From Camelus dromedarius (taxonomy: Eukaryota): a DNA stretch of 64,000 nucleotides. The notes under the pieces are model-generated. The model did no database searches. It saw nothing but the letters and a program-made list of their open reading frames with translations, and was not told where the DNA came from. The translations under genes and the position numbers were made by a program. The stretch covers positions 34,908,001 through 34,972,000 of the forward strand of contig NC_087447.1 of the NCBI RefSeq assembly GCF_036321535.1, read 5' to 3'. Shown here piece by piece: positions 23,286 to 36,878 of the stretch (its first letter is position 1; the number at the start of each line of letters is the position of its first letter).

Positions 23286-25284
23286 AAGAGTCTCTCAGTC
23301 ATTCTTCTGTTCTCTCTATAAATAACAACTGAACATCTTCTGTGTTCCAGCTCCCATGCCAGGCACTGGAGACTCAAAGATAACATACTCATCTCCAAGG
23401 AGCTCACAGTCTGTGGAAGGAAGGAGCCTAGTGTGGGACAGACAGCTACACATTGTGCTCCTTGCTATCACAGAGTTATGTTTGGGAGTCAAGGGCATTC
23501 AGAGGAGGGGTCATTTTAAAATTCTAAGTTGTCTTGCTTCCATCCCAAAGAAAAACGTCACACCCAACCACCCAGGCAAAGCCCGGCAGTATGAATCCAG
23601 GTGGCTCCCATGCTGGACAACATCCTCAGCCAAAGTTTTACAACTGGTGGACCCGCTAGGCTCACTATGCTGAATCTTCTCACAGCCCCCAGCCCACACT
23701 CTGACATCACACCAATGCACAATTCATGAAAACACTTTTAAGGAGAGTCTGCAGGTTCTTAGGCCACAGGCATTGCATCTCTACTTAATCCCACTACCCT
23801 ATGTTCCAGCAGAGGAAGTCTTTGCCTCCAACCAAACCCACCTCAGCATCCAGATACCCTGGATATTCAGGAATATAGAATCTACAAGTGCTAGATTGGG
23901 CAGAGCACTGGACCTGGAGTCAGAGAACCTGGATTCTCATACCGACTCCATGAACAACTTGGATAGTGAAGTTATGGGATTGCCCCAGTATGACTTTTTG
24001 CCATTTGTGGTTGGTTATCTGTCTTCAGAATAAGGTGGTAGAGTTTGACTTCATGATGGACGAGGACAGAAGGTAACTTCCATTAGAAGTCAGGCAGCCT
24101 CAGAAGTTCATGTCTCTACACTCCGACTATAACCATGAGCATACACTCTACTCATCTGAAGCTAAATTTGACAGCTACCTGGAATTCAGAGAAATTGCAT
24201 AATGCTCTTTCCATACGATGGTACAATATGTATTGGGCACCAATATTGCCAGTGCACCAATGCTGGCTGTAAAAACAGATGTGATTTGGTTCTTCTTCTC
24301 CAGGAGCTTCTAGTAGAGTGTGGAAGAAGTGATCTTACACACACCTAACATATTGTTTTAATTGGCTCTGAGTTCTTCCAGGATACAAACACAGAGATAG
24401 GGAGCACAGAGGGAGAAGATCTTATTAAAAAGTATGTTTATGGTGGCACATAAATCAGAGAAGGCTTCTTGAAATACTTGGAATTTGAACTGATGATTCT
24501 ACAATTCACCACACAAGTAACCTGTGTCACTTTTGCCAGCCACACCAAACTTTTGAGGTAGGCAAGGAAAGATATATAGATCTGAACAGATGGAAATGGG
24601 AGAAAAAGCATAACAGTGGCATTGCTAGTAAAGTACAGAAGATGTTTAGAGAATGGTGATCAGTACACAAGTAAGTTGCATTCCCTGTGACATTCCAAGA
24701 ATTTGGTTGTGGTTGTTAGATCCCTCTTAAGAAGGGTCACAGGACTGGAGTACTGTGAGCAATGAGCCTTGAAGTGATAGAAGTTGGCATAAGCAAAATT
24801 AGCTGGAGTCAACTCTACAATATTGTCAAGTCCAGAGACAGCCAGTGAGGTTACCCCAGCAGGACTAGACAAAACGGCAAGTCCTGCTCTCCTGACCCTC
24901 CTCTCTGGAATATATTCCAGGGTTGGAAACTACAGCTAGGACCAACAGGAAGGAGGAACAAGGAGAAAGAGGGGAGGGAAAGAGAGAAGCAACAGAATGC
25001 ACCCCCTTCTCTGCTACAGTCTTTTTGTCTGCAAAGGCCAAACTTGGAGCAGGGGAGATGGTTCATCTTTCAATTAAATTTGATGTTTTATTCCTCATAT
25101 AAAAATTCAACTCTAAAATTTTTAACAACTTTGATATGGATGATGGTGTAAGGGTTGGTAACCAATTATCAGAAATCTCGTATTTAAATTCTGTATCTCA
25201 TCTTGTACCTCTTTGGAAATACAGTGTCTCTAGTATCTGGATATTTAGATCAAAGCTTCTGTTTTAATATCCTGTTACACATCT

Positions 25285-25480
25285 GAGAGAATGACCCATG
25301 TGGACGGCTGCAAGAACAAAGGATTCCAACGCCAAGAATTTTGCAACAACCAACCACATCCCCTCCCCTTTTTAGTATAAAAGGAGCCTGAATCCTGACT
25401 TGGGGAAGATGGACATTGATTAGTCTGCCATCTTCTTGGTCAGCCGGTTTTCCTAATAAAGTCGCTATTCCTTGCCCTGC
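25285..25480 (+). mobile_element. Partial ERV LTR (U3-R)
   Basis: 'cccctcccctttttagtataaaaggagcctgaatcctgacttggggaagatgg...tttcctaataaagtcgctattccttgccc': TATA box followed by AATAAA in typical LTR spacing. Confidence 0.6.
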
Positions 25481-25784
25481 CCCCCCCCCCCAATAATGCA
25501 TCTCATCTTCAGAAGTTCTGAAGAGATCGACGAGAGAAGAGGTGCAGGTTTGGAACTTTAGTTGTGTCTGTAACAATTTAGTTATATTTTTTAAGGAGAT
25601 ATTGGAAACAAACATGGCCAAACTTTAATATATGCGAAATTGTAGTTGTTGGTATACGTATTCTTACTACATTATCTTCGGGCCGTATGCGTGGTTTATA
25701 GACTTCGCTCCAGCATAACCCCATCCTGATTCTGTGTCTTCAAAATCCATGCAGATAGTCAGTCCAACAGACTAACCTTTCAGG

Positions 25785-26800
25785 TTTTTTTTAAACTTTC
25801 ATTCTGAATTAATTACAGACAAATAAGGAATTGCAAAAAAAAAGAGTATAGAGAGTCCTGTGTACCCATCCCTGAGCCTCTGCCAATGGTGGCGTTCTAC
25901 ATAAATGAAGTACATTACCAAAACCAAGAAATTGACCTTGGTATGATAAAATTACCTACACTTAGATCAAATTAGATTTCACATGCACTCATTTTTTATG
26001 CCTTATATATAATTCTAGGGCTTTTTATCACATATTGTATATTATATAACTACCACCACATTCAAGATATGACGCTGTTTCTTCACCACAAAAGAATTCC
26101 CTTCAGCTACTCATTTATAGCCACACCCACTCCGTCCCCCTTCCCAAACCCCTAACAACTACTGATCTGTTCTCTAATCTTGATAACTTTGTCTTTTCAA
26201 AAATATTATATAAATGGAATCATACAGCATCCAATCTTCTGATTTTGGATTTTTTCATTGAGCAAAATGTCCTCAAGATCCACCCAAGTTGTCGTATGTA
26301 TCAACAGTTTGTTGTTGATTTTTTATAATTGCTGAGCAGTATTCCATGGTACGGATGTACTGCATTTGGTTTCACTATTCAGAAGTGGAAGGATATCTAG
26401 TTTACTTTCATTTTGGTTATTATAAATAAACCTGCCATGAACATTTGTATACAGGTTTTATGTGAAAATGTTTTCTATTCTCTAGGATAAATGCCAGGAA
26501 TAGATTTCTGGGTTGTATGGTAAGTGTATGTTCAACTTTTTAGGTAAATGCAAAAGGGTTTTCCAGTGCCGCTGCGCCATTTTACATTCCCACCAACAAC
26601 ATTCGGAAGATCCGGTTTCTCAAATCCTTATCAATATTTGAAACTATCAGTATTTTTATTTTATCCATTCTAAGAAGTGTGTAGTGGTATTGTGGTTTTA
26701 ATTTGTGTTTGCCTGATGGTGAGGAATGGAAAACATCTTTTCATGTGTTTATTTGCCATCCACGTAAGTATCTTCAGTGAAGTGCTCATCAAGTCTTTTG
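25785..26800 (-). mobile_element. L1M 3' end/ORF2 fragment
   Basis: 'gtacattaccaaaaccaagaaattgaccttggta...aaatggaatcatacagc...tttacattcccaccaacaac'. Confidence 0.75.
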
Positions 26801-27529
26801 CCCTGGTTGAATCTGACTACCGCTAACTCCATGCCTGTTGCCAGGCAGCTGAGTATAGCTGGAGAACAACATCCAACCATGCCCAACAGTTTCACTTTCA
26901 ATGTATGTCCACACACCTCAGGTATCCACTTTGCTCTGCTGAGTGGTTATGTAAGGTTTCCATAATTACCCTCTCTCCAAGGGAAACATTTCACACCATC
27001 TCTCTCCTGAAACCTCCTCCTCACTCTTTTATCAGTCTCAGATGATGCTCTGCTGAAAATTTCTCTATGTGCTCACACCAAATCTTCCAGCCAACCTGCC
27101 TCTGAGCTCATTTCTCTGTCTTTCCTGTCGTGCCAGGTTCTGCACACTCCTATCCTAAGCCGTCCTCTCCACCTGTGTGCCAGTTCCCATCCCCTCTTCT
27201 ACACGGAGACACTCTAGAGAATGACTGTCTCTCCCATCTGCATCTTCAATGTTCCTTCTCAGTTGGAGTTTCCCAATACCATACCAACACGTTATTCTAT
27301 CTCCTGGCTTAAAGACCACCCAGCTTTACATTTTCCTCCATCCACAGCCTGATTTCTCCACTTTCCTTTATAGCAAATCTCTTTTCTCTCTCAATCTATT
27401 TCTCTGTCTCACGCCTCCTCCTCCTCTTCTTCCTCCTCCTTCCTCAACTCCCTCTGTCTCTCTCTCATCTTTTTACATCTCTAGCTCCTCCTCTTGGCTA
27501 TGTCATTAAATTTATTTTCCTTGCTTTAA

Positions 27530-28860
27530 AATTTTATTTTTGAAATAGCAATACATTCATAGGTTAAAAAAATGTTTAATGCATATATTGAAAAAGATCA
27601 TTCCGTTCCAGGCCCTTGGGCATCTATGCCTTCTCTGCAAAGACAAATACAATTATTATGGTTATTACTTTTTTTAATCTTTCCTGAGAAATTTAATGCT
27701 AAACAAGTGTATATAGATTAATTTTTATGAGGATTAGTGTATATAACACATATATTATATATTATACATGTAATATATGTATATATGTGTATAATACATG
27801 GAGTTATTCTTCCTCACACATGTCTATATTGTTCTGTGCTGTCTTTTTCTAAACCTGATATATCTTGGAGGGCCTTCCAAGCAGATTTGTTGCTCTTTTT
27901 ATACAGCTATAAATACAGCATAGTATGCAGTACCATTGTACGGATGAAATAATTTACACAGTATTGATGGCCATTTTGGCTATTACCAATCTTTTTTATT
28001 GCCATTAATTCTACATTTATTAACTTTGTATATGTGTCTCTTGCATATGCACAAATATATCTCTAGGATAAATTTCTAGATGAGGAATTACAGGTAGAAA
28101 AACTATGACACTTTATATATGTTTTTATATGTTGCAAATTGCTGGGGGCTCTTTCAATCTTCACTCCCACCAGAAATGTGTGTGGGTACCTTGTCCCACC
28201 CCATCTCCCGCACAGTACGCTGCTAAACTATTGGGTCTTTTATATTTCAATGAGTAAAATGTAACGCTGTATGGTTTTAATTTGCATGTCTCTTATTATA
28301 CGTTTGGTTTCTCATCTTTCTGTATGTTTAAGAGTCATTTTTATTTTCTAGAAATTGTGAATTTGTAACCTATAGTCATTTTCTTATGGCTGATTGGATT
28401 TAGAATTATCATTTTATGGGAACTTTTACAAGTAGGAGGAATTAGTTCTTTGTCTTGGATATGAGTTTCCAGTATTTTCCCAACTTGCTACTTATCTTTT
28501 GATTATGATGGTTCATGCCATGCCAAAAATTTTCATTCTATTCTTGTCTTTATTAATCCTTTCTTTAATGTCTTCTGAATTTTGTGCTGTACTTTGAAAA
28601 ATCTTCCCCACTTTGAGTTAAAAAGAATTTTCATAAGGTTTATCCAGGTACTATTGTATTGTCATTATTCAAAGCATTTAGTATAATTGGATTTATCCTA
28701 ACATCATACACACAGTATGTTTTCAACTTTATTTTATTTTAGATGACTATCAGTTGCCCCAATCCCATTCATTGAATAGCTCATGTTTTACCCACTACTT
28801 TAACTTACACCCTTTGTGATATAGTAAATTTCCATATGTATTCATGTCTAATTCTGAGAC
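27530..28860 (-). mobile_element. Old L1M fragment
   Basis: AT-rich L1-like text 'ctaggataaatttctagatgaggaatt...ctcccaccagaaatgtg...ggttttaatttgcatgtctc'. Confidence 0.6.
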
Positions 28861-29159
28861 TTAGAGAGAGCTGGGCAGCCTGAGGCAACATGTCTTCAGC
28901 TTCCTACTTGTAAAGTGGGGGAGGGTCGGCCCGGGGTGGGGTGGGACAATGGTCCCATCCTGGATCTACTGACTGGGAAGCTGAGGGGCCTGGAAACTGA
29001 GCCTTTAATAAGCAACCCTTCCCTCGGTGTCCACCTGAGTGAGGGCAGAGGGCCCACCTGAGTGCTGGCAGGCGGGCACGATCTCAACGGAACAAGTGGC
29101 AGAAGTACCATCTGGGCTGCCCGTGTGGCATCTGCCACCAGCCCTTAAAGGACTGAATT

Positions 29160-29760
29160 TTTTTAATGCCAACCTTAAATTCTACACCCTTTGAAAATAT
29201 TTTTCAAGGAAGAAGGTAAAATAAAGACTTTTTCAAACAATTGAAAGCTGAAATAGTTCATTGTCAATAGATTTGCACTACAAAACACACTAGCCAGAGT
29301 TCATACAAGAGATCGACGACACTGAATGGAAATTTTGATGTCAAAAGAGGAAGAGCACTAGAAATGGTAAAAATGACAGTAAATGTAAGAGACATGATTT
29401 TTAAATTTTAATCACTTTTAAATTAATCAATGTAAGTATCGTATTAACAGATTAAAGGAGTTTGTGTGTTTATATGTACTTTAAACATATAAATACAGTA
29501 AGAATATAACATCTAAATCTGATAAAGGCCACTTATGCAAAATCTACAGCTAACATTATACTTTCGTGGTGATATACTGAATGAATTTTTACTTCTAATT
29601 TTGGGGATAAGACAAGAGTATCCACTCTCATGACTTTTATTCAACAATGTTTTGGAGATCCTAGCCAGTGAAATAAGAGGAAAAAAATAAATAGCATACT
29701 AATGGACAGAAAGAAGTTCTCTTTATTACAGACAATGTGATTCTTTAGGTAGAAAGCCTT
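29160..29760 (+). mobile_element. Old L1 ORF1-end/ORF2 fragments
   Basis: 'gaaggtaaaataaagactttttcaaacaa' and 'aaatctacagctaacattatact...ggagatcctagccagtgaaataag'. Confidence 0.65.
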
Positions 29761-30349
29761 AATGGAAACAGCATGAAGGTTTCCGTTTTCATAACCACTC
29801 TACTCTCGTTTGCCATAGACTTACTCTCTCAGCTCCTCCTTCTGCAAGGTCTGAGGTTCAGCAAATGTATGTAAGCAATTACTGCATTTGTCCCACAACT
29901 GGATGACAGCTGCAGTCACAGCACGGGGAGGCCTCTTCTTCCCCCCTGCAGGTCTCTGAGGGCTTCCATGAGCAGAGGGCAGAACAGCCCAGAACCCTGT
30001 TCTCATTATAAATTTTCACCAGCATAACCATCATGAGAGAGATATGGTCATTTGTTTCAATCCTGCTCCCCTAGGAGGACAACTTGGAACTGCCCAAAAG
30101 TCACGGCCACAACAGTCCTTACAACAGGACTGATGTGTGCAGATTCAACCCAGACTGAAGAATGAGTATCTATCCACGAGTAGCAACTAGCACCCAAGAC
30201 CCTTCACCTTTATGGTCTCTGTTCCATCACCCGGGGAGCCACACAGTCCCTCAGATTGCTGGCTGGGAAGACTTCCACCATTTTAAATACACAGGTCCAC
30301 AGTTGAAACCCTTGAAGCTACATATGATCACATATGAAAGATCACATTT

Positions 30350-30505
30350 GTCTTGATGGCAGCTTTGTGAGACCCTGAGCAGAGAACCCAGCTAAGACAT
30401 GCCTTGACTCCTGCCCCATGCAAACTGTGAGACAATAAATATGTGCCTCTTTAAGCCTCTAAATTCATGGCAATTTTTTATGGAGCAATAGGTAAACTAA
30501 TTGAA
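30350..30505 (+). mobile_element. MLT1 LTR 3' part
   Basis: 'gtgagaccctgagcagagaacccagctaag...aactgtgagacaataaatatgtgcctctttaagcc...gcaataggtaaactaat'. Confidence 0.75.
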
Positions 30506-31269
30506 CAGATAACTAGATATGTGAGTCTGGAATTAAGATGTTCCAGTAGGGATATAAATTCGGAAACAATCAGTATATAGGTCACATATGTACTGGTTAT
30601 TATGCATTTGCCCCCATCTCAACCTACTTTCCACCCTTCTCTGCCTTCCTCTGTGCCCCTGGAGGCTACCTTCTATTGACTACAACACATGGGCTTCTTT
30701 GGTTCAGCCAAAGGAAGGAGATCAGAAAGCAGGAGAGGGAGGTCACAATATTTCTTCCCCTGTTCTCTCCCAGCTCTGGGTAGTGCACCCTTAGACTTGG
30801 CTAACAGTGGCCCCAGCTGGACCAGCTGTGTCATCTGACCCTGCATCCCCTACTCCTACCGCATGGGGTTGGCCTTAGTAAGAACAGTGAGAGTAGTTAG
30901 TATCTGTAAATCTCGAACTCCCAGTGTATCCCTCCCTACCCCTTTACCCCCTGTTAATCATAAGTTTGTTTTTCTATATCTGTGAGAGTCTGTTTCTGTT
31001 TTGTAAATAAGTTCATTTGTGTCTTTTTTTTTAGATTCCACATGTGAGTGATATTGTATGGTACTTCTTTCTGGCTTACTTTACTTAGAAAGACGATCTC
31101 CAAGTAAAGGACATTCTTGAGGAAACTTGAATGGGGTTTTGGGGAGACAGTATGAAAAATTTCTTTGTACTAGTCTGGCAACTTGCCTGTAAGTCTAAAA
31201 CTGTTACAAAATTAAAACTTTTTAAAAAAAACTATATTTTAATTTTTTTTAAAGAATGGCCGAGTCCCC

Positions 31270-32290
31270 CCGGGGAAGTGCCCTGAAATACCACAGTAAG
31301 TGTGTAGAGTAGTGATTCCTCCAGTCCTTCCTCAAAGTATTTGGGTAACTGCCAGTATTTGGGTAACTCTCATATCAATGTTCGAGTAAAAAGAAGTACT
31401 TAGAGGGCTGTTATTTAGAGTCTCAGCTGACACAGAAACCCAGGAACCCAAAGCACCATCATTGTCCCCTGTTTGAGAAGTGACAGATGAAGGCCAAGGG
31501 AAAAATGGAGTCCTGGGCCAAGTCCATCTCACAGAGAACCCACTGCGTCCACAGACCAACTGGCAGCCATCTCCCCAGCTCTTAAATATATCATTGGAAT
31601 GGTCTTACCCAGCAGTTAGCAAAGCCCATATTGGTTCCTTGACCTATGGAGTACAAGCTACAGTAGCATGAAAGATCCAGTGGAGGTCCCTGGAACTATA
31701 CCCTCTTCTAGACAAAATAATAAATAAAAACAACATTGCATTCCTGGGGGAATAGCAGAGATTGGAACTACCCTCAAAGATTTAAATGATGCAGGGGTCA
31801 TTATCTCGACCGTATGTCATTTGTTTCACTAGTCTGACCCTTGGAAGAAGTAAATGAATATGGCAGATGGCAGTGGACTACTGACATCTACTGAGCAGTA
31901 GTACCAAGTGCAGCTGCCGTTCTTGATTTGGCATCTTTACTAGAACATAGTAACACAGCCCCTGGTACACGGTGCTGCTTTTGATCTGGCAAATGCATTG
32001 CTTTTAATATCCATCAGGAAGGAGGATTGGAAGGAGTTTGCTTCAGGTGGGATGGGCAAGAGTATACAATAATTATGCTCTCTGTCACAAAATATTCTAA
32101 AGAAACATCTGGACATTCCAGAAGATATTGTATTGGTCCACTGTACTGATGACATCATATGAATGTGACCTGATAACCAGGAATGGCAAGTACTCTACAA
32201 ATCCAGGAGATAAATATTGTAAAAATTCAGGGGCCCACTTGCCCCATCTGTGAAGTTTTTAGGGGTTCAGTGGCCTGAGGGTCTAGGTCC
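31270..32290 (+). mobile_element. ERVL internal remnant (protease/reverse transcriptase)
   Basis: Degenerate peptides QHCIPGGIAEIGTTLKDLNDAGVI, QMAVDY, AAFDLANALLLISIRKED and LDIPEDIVLVHCTDDII (YxDD-equivalent), typical of ERVL pol. Confidence 0.8.
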
Positions 32291-32539
32291 TTCCACCATG
32301 TCAAGCCACCTAGACCAGCAGAAATGCTCAGCAGAGGTGAAGAGACTCTCTAATGGGTGGTAGAGAAGGGAGGTGAAATGTGTCAGCAGCAGCCTGGGGG
32401 TAGCTGCCGAACTAGGGGCTGTAACTCAACCCATTCCTCTCTTGTAACTCTCACTGCCAACTGTGGCCATCCAGAACCCCGGAGAAGCTGAGACAAGATG
32501 GAGTGAAGTCAATCTGAGATGCAAGTGGATCTAAGCGGT

Positions 32540-32985
32540 GTGAGAGGTAGCTTAGGGCAAATGCTACTGGTGCCCCTGAGGTCACCTTTTCCAGTTTGGT
32601 ACACTTATCCCCCAGCTGCCAACTGAATTCCTGCTAAGAGCTCTCCAAATGCCACCCAAAAACTGTCCTTGGGTGACTGGAGCCACCTCACCATTTACAT
32701 TACCCTCAACCCAGGCTGCCTGAAGCCAATGACTGCCCAGTGTGTGGGGGTGTATAGAAGCCTGGTTTCCTTAACTCATGGTAGGACAAGCTCTGCGGAG
32801 CAATCTGCACTTCCGAGCTCCCTGCAAGATCATGCTGAGGCTAGACTTCGCTGAAATCATATTCTTCCCCTTCCCTGCCTGGCTTGCCTCATTCCCTCGC
32901 AGGTTTCTCCTGAGAGCACGCCTCAACAAATCATGTGCACGTGATTCCCCATGTTGGATTCTGCTTCTAGAGAACCTGACCTGAA
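32540..32985 (+). mobile_element. ERVL LTR (LTR16-like)
   Basis: 'aagccaatgactgcccagtgtgtggggg...tttctcctgagagcacgcctcaacaaatcatgtgcac...ctgcttctagagaacctgacct'. Confidence 0.7.
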
Positions 32986-33082
32986 TTTACGAAAGTGATT
33001 TCAGGTTTAATGTGAATGCAAAATTTAAACAAAGCTTAATTTTAAGTAATGACAAATGCAATTTCAAAGCCATCTACTAGAC

Positions 33083-33252
33083 CAGTGGTTCCCAGGCCTG
33101 CGATTGAAATCACATGGTGAATTTCTTAAAATGCCATTTCTAGGTCCTATCCTAGACCTCCTTAATCAAAACTCCAAAAGTGTGACCTAGGAGTCTTCAT
33201 TTTTTTAAATTCTCCTGGTATTTCAGCCTGTCAAGATTTTGGAACTGACTGG
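33083..33252. mobile_element. MER5-type hAT-Charlie element
   Basis: 'ctagaccagtggttccca...gaaatcacatggtgaatttcttaaaatgc...ggaactgactggtttag'. Confidence 0.6.
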
Positions 33253-33569
33253 TTTAGACAACTCATTTGTATTGGATGGTTCCTATATACCTCTGTATGA
33301 ACTTGTGGAATGTACAGGATAAAACTTTGTGATCCTTCCCAATACTCCATGTCTGTGCTTCAGCTAACGATTCATTACAAACCAATATCCCTTAATTGAA
33401 AAAAAAAGTGACCTTAATTATAAATCGGTCTTAGTATGATTATTCATTAAAAATATAATTTAATACAATATTTGACATAGACATTTCTGATTATGGCACA
33501 CGTTTGACTACACTTTATGAATGGTAATCTTTTTAGTATGTAGGTTGTCTATAGTATATGTTATATGTG

Positions 33570-34010
33570 TTACCATATTAGTTGGTATAGACTAGGTAAT
33601 GCTGTGGCAACAAACACCACCAAAATCTCAGTGACATAACCCAGTAAAAGTGTATTTCCTTTTCACACAAAGTCCATAGCATGTCTGGGCACCCCTTCAG
33701 AACAGTTGTCCCCCTGGCCTACTGTTCAGCAGTGCAAGAAGTTTCCATCTCAAGGCACCTCAATCTCAACACGAGACTTGGAGTTCCCTGTTGCTAGAAA
33801 GACTCACAATGGAAATTAAATGCAGTGGCCTTGCGGCAAACTTGACCATTTCCTCTGATCACATGGGTCACCACTTATTGGCCAGAGTTAGTCATATGAT
33901 CCTACAATAAGTGCAAGAGCCACGGAAGGATAATCCCCAAGGAAGGCAAACCCAGCTGTATGCCCAGCAGGAGAGGAGAACTGCATACTAGGAAAACTAG
34001 CAATCTCTAC
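33570..34010 (-). mobile_element. MLT1-type LTR
   Basis: 'ctaggtaatgctgtggcaacaaacaccaccaaaatctcagtgacataac...attggccagagttagtcatatg'. Confidence 0.7.
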
Positions 34011-35326
34011 AACAGTTATTTACAAAACATGGAAAATTCATGAAAGTGAAAAAGAAACAATTGTACGTGTGTGTGTTCCACCACTGCTATTGGGTGCTGG
34101 TGTATTTCCTCTGAAGCATTGAAAATACAAGTTCTTTTGAATAATTTTTTTTTTTACAATTACGCATTCTCACTGTAGAATATTTTTAAATACATCAATG
34201 TATACTGAAAAAAATTTTAAATTTTTGCAATCTTAGCTCCAAAAGGTAATCACACATGATTTTTAATCAAAATTAGAATCACACTATTTATACTAATTTA
34301 TAATATGTTTGTTTTCCTTATCAATACATACAAATTAAATTTTCAATTACTATTCTGAAGATCATTGATTATGATTTCAAGAGACACTCCTTTCTGGGTC
34401 TCAGTTACTTCATCCCTAAAATGAGGATGTTAGAAGAGATCATCTCCAAGATGCCTTTCCACTCTGGTGACTTGGGAATATACGCAACTCCTGATGCCTG
34501 TACATGGTCCTCTTTCTCTGTCCTCTCTTCCCATCCACAAGCTACCCACAGGGTGAAGACCTTGAATCAGCCTCTCCACTTTCAGGACACAGAGCAACTT
34601 CTAGTGGTAGGGCTCCTGTCTGTCAGGTTGAGGTCCAGAGGCCTCAATTGCTCTCACTCTCATATACAAAATCTCCTTAGGGCCTTGAGTCCCTGGCCAA
34701 AATCTGTTACAAATGTTTGCCACACCAGACTACCATTACTTGGAACTGATGAATCTTAGAATCTCTGGTTGGAAGATAACATTGGGGGTTATTTCTAATA
34801 AAATGTAAGCTCATAAAAGAAGGACTTTGTTTTGTTCACAGCTTGTACATCCTGTCTTTTAGGAAGTTTCTGGGATATAGTAGGTACTCAATAAATATTT
34901 GATCATTTGAATCAGTGAATCTAACCTTATCCCTACCCTTTTCTAACATTCCCAAGAAGGATACCGGCAACATCTGCTTCTACGTCTCCAACAACAGAGA
35001 GCTGACTATCTTCTGGAATAAGCATTTCCACTGTTGCACTGAGAGACAGGTGTGACTGGAGGATGGCGGTATTGAACTCAGTATGCACTCGCCCCAATAT
35101 GCAAAGTCAAGAACTGAAGGGCAGGAAGGTGGACATGCCAAGTGGGCAAAAGCTGGCTCTGAGAGTGGAAATACAAGCTTCACAGACATAATTGTCCCAT
35201 TTGTAGACTGTATATTACTTTACAGGACATACGTGTCCATTTTTCTAATCCTGACTTGAAGGTTAGGCAGACGCAGGATTTAAGTTCTGTATTTGTTGAA
35301 TGGCTAGCTCTCTGCGATTTTTACAT

Positions 35327-35345
35327 AGGGCACCAGGGGGCGCAC
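35327..35345 (+). promoter_or_regulatory. CTCF motif
   Basis: 'gggCACCAGGGGGCGCAc', near-consensus core, in a locally CpG-retaining patch. Confidence 0.65.
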
Positions 35346-36466
35346 TTGTCGCTTAAATCGTCACAATCATCCCTGCGACTGGAGACCTGCAGTCTGCGGG
35401 CTATATTGGACTTGAAAAATACCTAATCAGAGACATTTAGGTCCTGGTACTGGCCCTTTCTACAATAAAGGAATGATGCCAAAAGTAAGATTTCTTAGCA
35501 AGGCAGATACCCAGGGCACATCACATCTACTGAGGATAGACAGAAATCCTTATTTTACCATTGACTAAATTAGCCAGAGGAGAGAAAGCCAAGGATCTAT
35601 AGTTGAATATCATGGCTTTAAGGTGAAGGGGTCCCAGAGCCTTGCTGACCTGGAAAGAGAGTCGCAGAGACCTTACCTGCTGATGCTACCTTATTCTCTA
35701 AATCTCGTCAGTCTCCTTCTAAAATATTCGGGCTGGAAGGAACTACAAGAGAATCCAAGCATTTCCTTCAACCTTATGTTTTACAGATGGGGAAACTTGG
35801 GCCCAGAGAAAAATAAATTACTTGCCCAAGGTCAAATGACAATAGAGAGGTAGAACCAGAATTAAAACCCAGGAGGTCACTTCACTGAGCATTTAATAAT
35901 TTGGCTAGTGGGGGTGGTCTTAAGAAATTAACCTTTGTATTCAGGGCAACCTAAACTCTACTGGTGACTACGATTGGTCTTTGTAGAAGGGGTTATTGAT
36001 TATGACATCTTTGCTCAAAAGAAAGAGAGAGAGAGAGAGAATGAAGGAGGGAGGGAGGGAGGGAAGAAAAGGGAAGGCAGGAAGGGAGACAAGAGTTTTC
36101 TGATGGCCTTGTCTCCAGGCAGCCTCTGTAACTACGATCCTTTCCTAGCAACTGCAGCAACGCTGCATTGTTTGAAGTACTCATCATTTTTCCAAAATCA
36201 AAAGATGAAGGATAAACTCCCAAAATGAAAGGCATTTTTCTTCCAAGGGCTTAGATAAATCATCATTCAAGGACAAAAGTGTCAAGGGTGAGCAATCCCT
36301 CAAAAACCACCTGCAGAACAATTAAGCATTGTCAATAGCACAACTCACTTCCAAAGTGCAGACTTGGAGAGCCTCGGAAACCAGAGCTAGAAAGGACCTT
36401 GGAATCATTGTATTCAAATACCTCACTTCACAAATGAGGACTGTGTGGTTCACAGAGGGTAAGCGA

Positions 36467-36878
36467 TGGGGTCAAAACTCAAATGCTTACAGAGACCAGG
36501 AAATGAAGCAAGCTGGGGTCAGATAAAAGATATTTTAGAGAGGTCACAGGAAATACATGACTTTCCCCTTTAAGAAAAACAACTGAGCAAGCATCTTGAT
36601 AAATGGCAAATAACACATGCCCTCAGTTATGGGGGAAGAGTGGAGACTGTGGAAAACTGGACATGCCCTGCCTCAAGGGAGCAATTGCTACCCAGATCCA
36701 TTGGTCACTGTCATGTAGGCATGAGAGCCTGAAGTTACCAGATATTCTGTGGATGGATTTGTACTTGAAATGTCCTAATTTCTTTTTAATGATGGCAACT
36801 AATTTGAATTAGTTGTAGGCCAAACAGAGCCCTTCTGGAGACTGGATTGAGCTGCAGGTTTCCAGCGTGTACCCTCTG
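36467..36878 (-). mobile_element. MER102-like hAT-Charlie element
   Basis: Ends 'ggggtcaaaactcaaatgcttacag' and 'ggccaaacagagccc...gtttccagcgtgtaccctctg' resemble reverse MER102 termini. Confidence 0.55.

Noticed and set aside
31335..31368. Direct repeat agtatttgggtaact x2
   Set aside because: Two copies with a 3-nt gap inside ERVL sequence; a local tandem duplication, not an array.
36020..36090. GA-rich tract (similar tracts at ~6170-6290, ~27400-27490, ~39850-39930)
   Set aside because: Common low-complexity sequence with no further structure seen.
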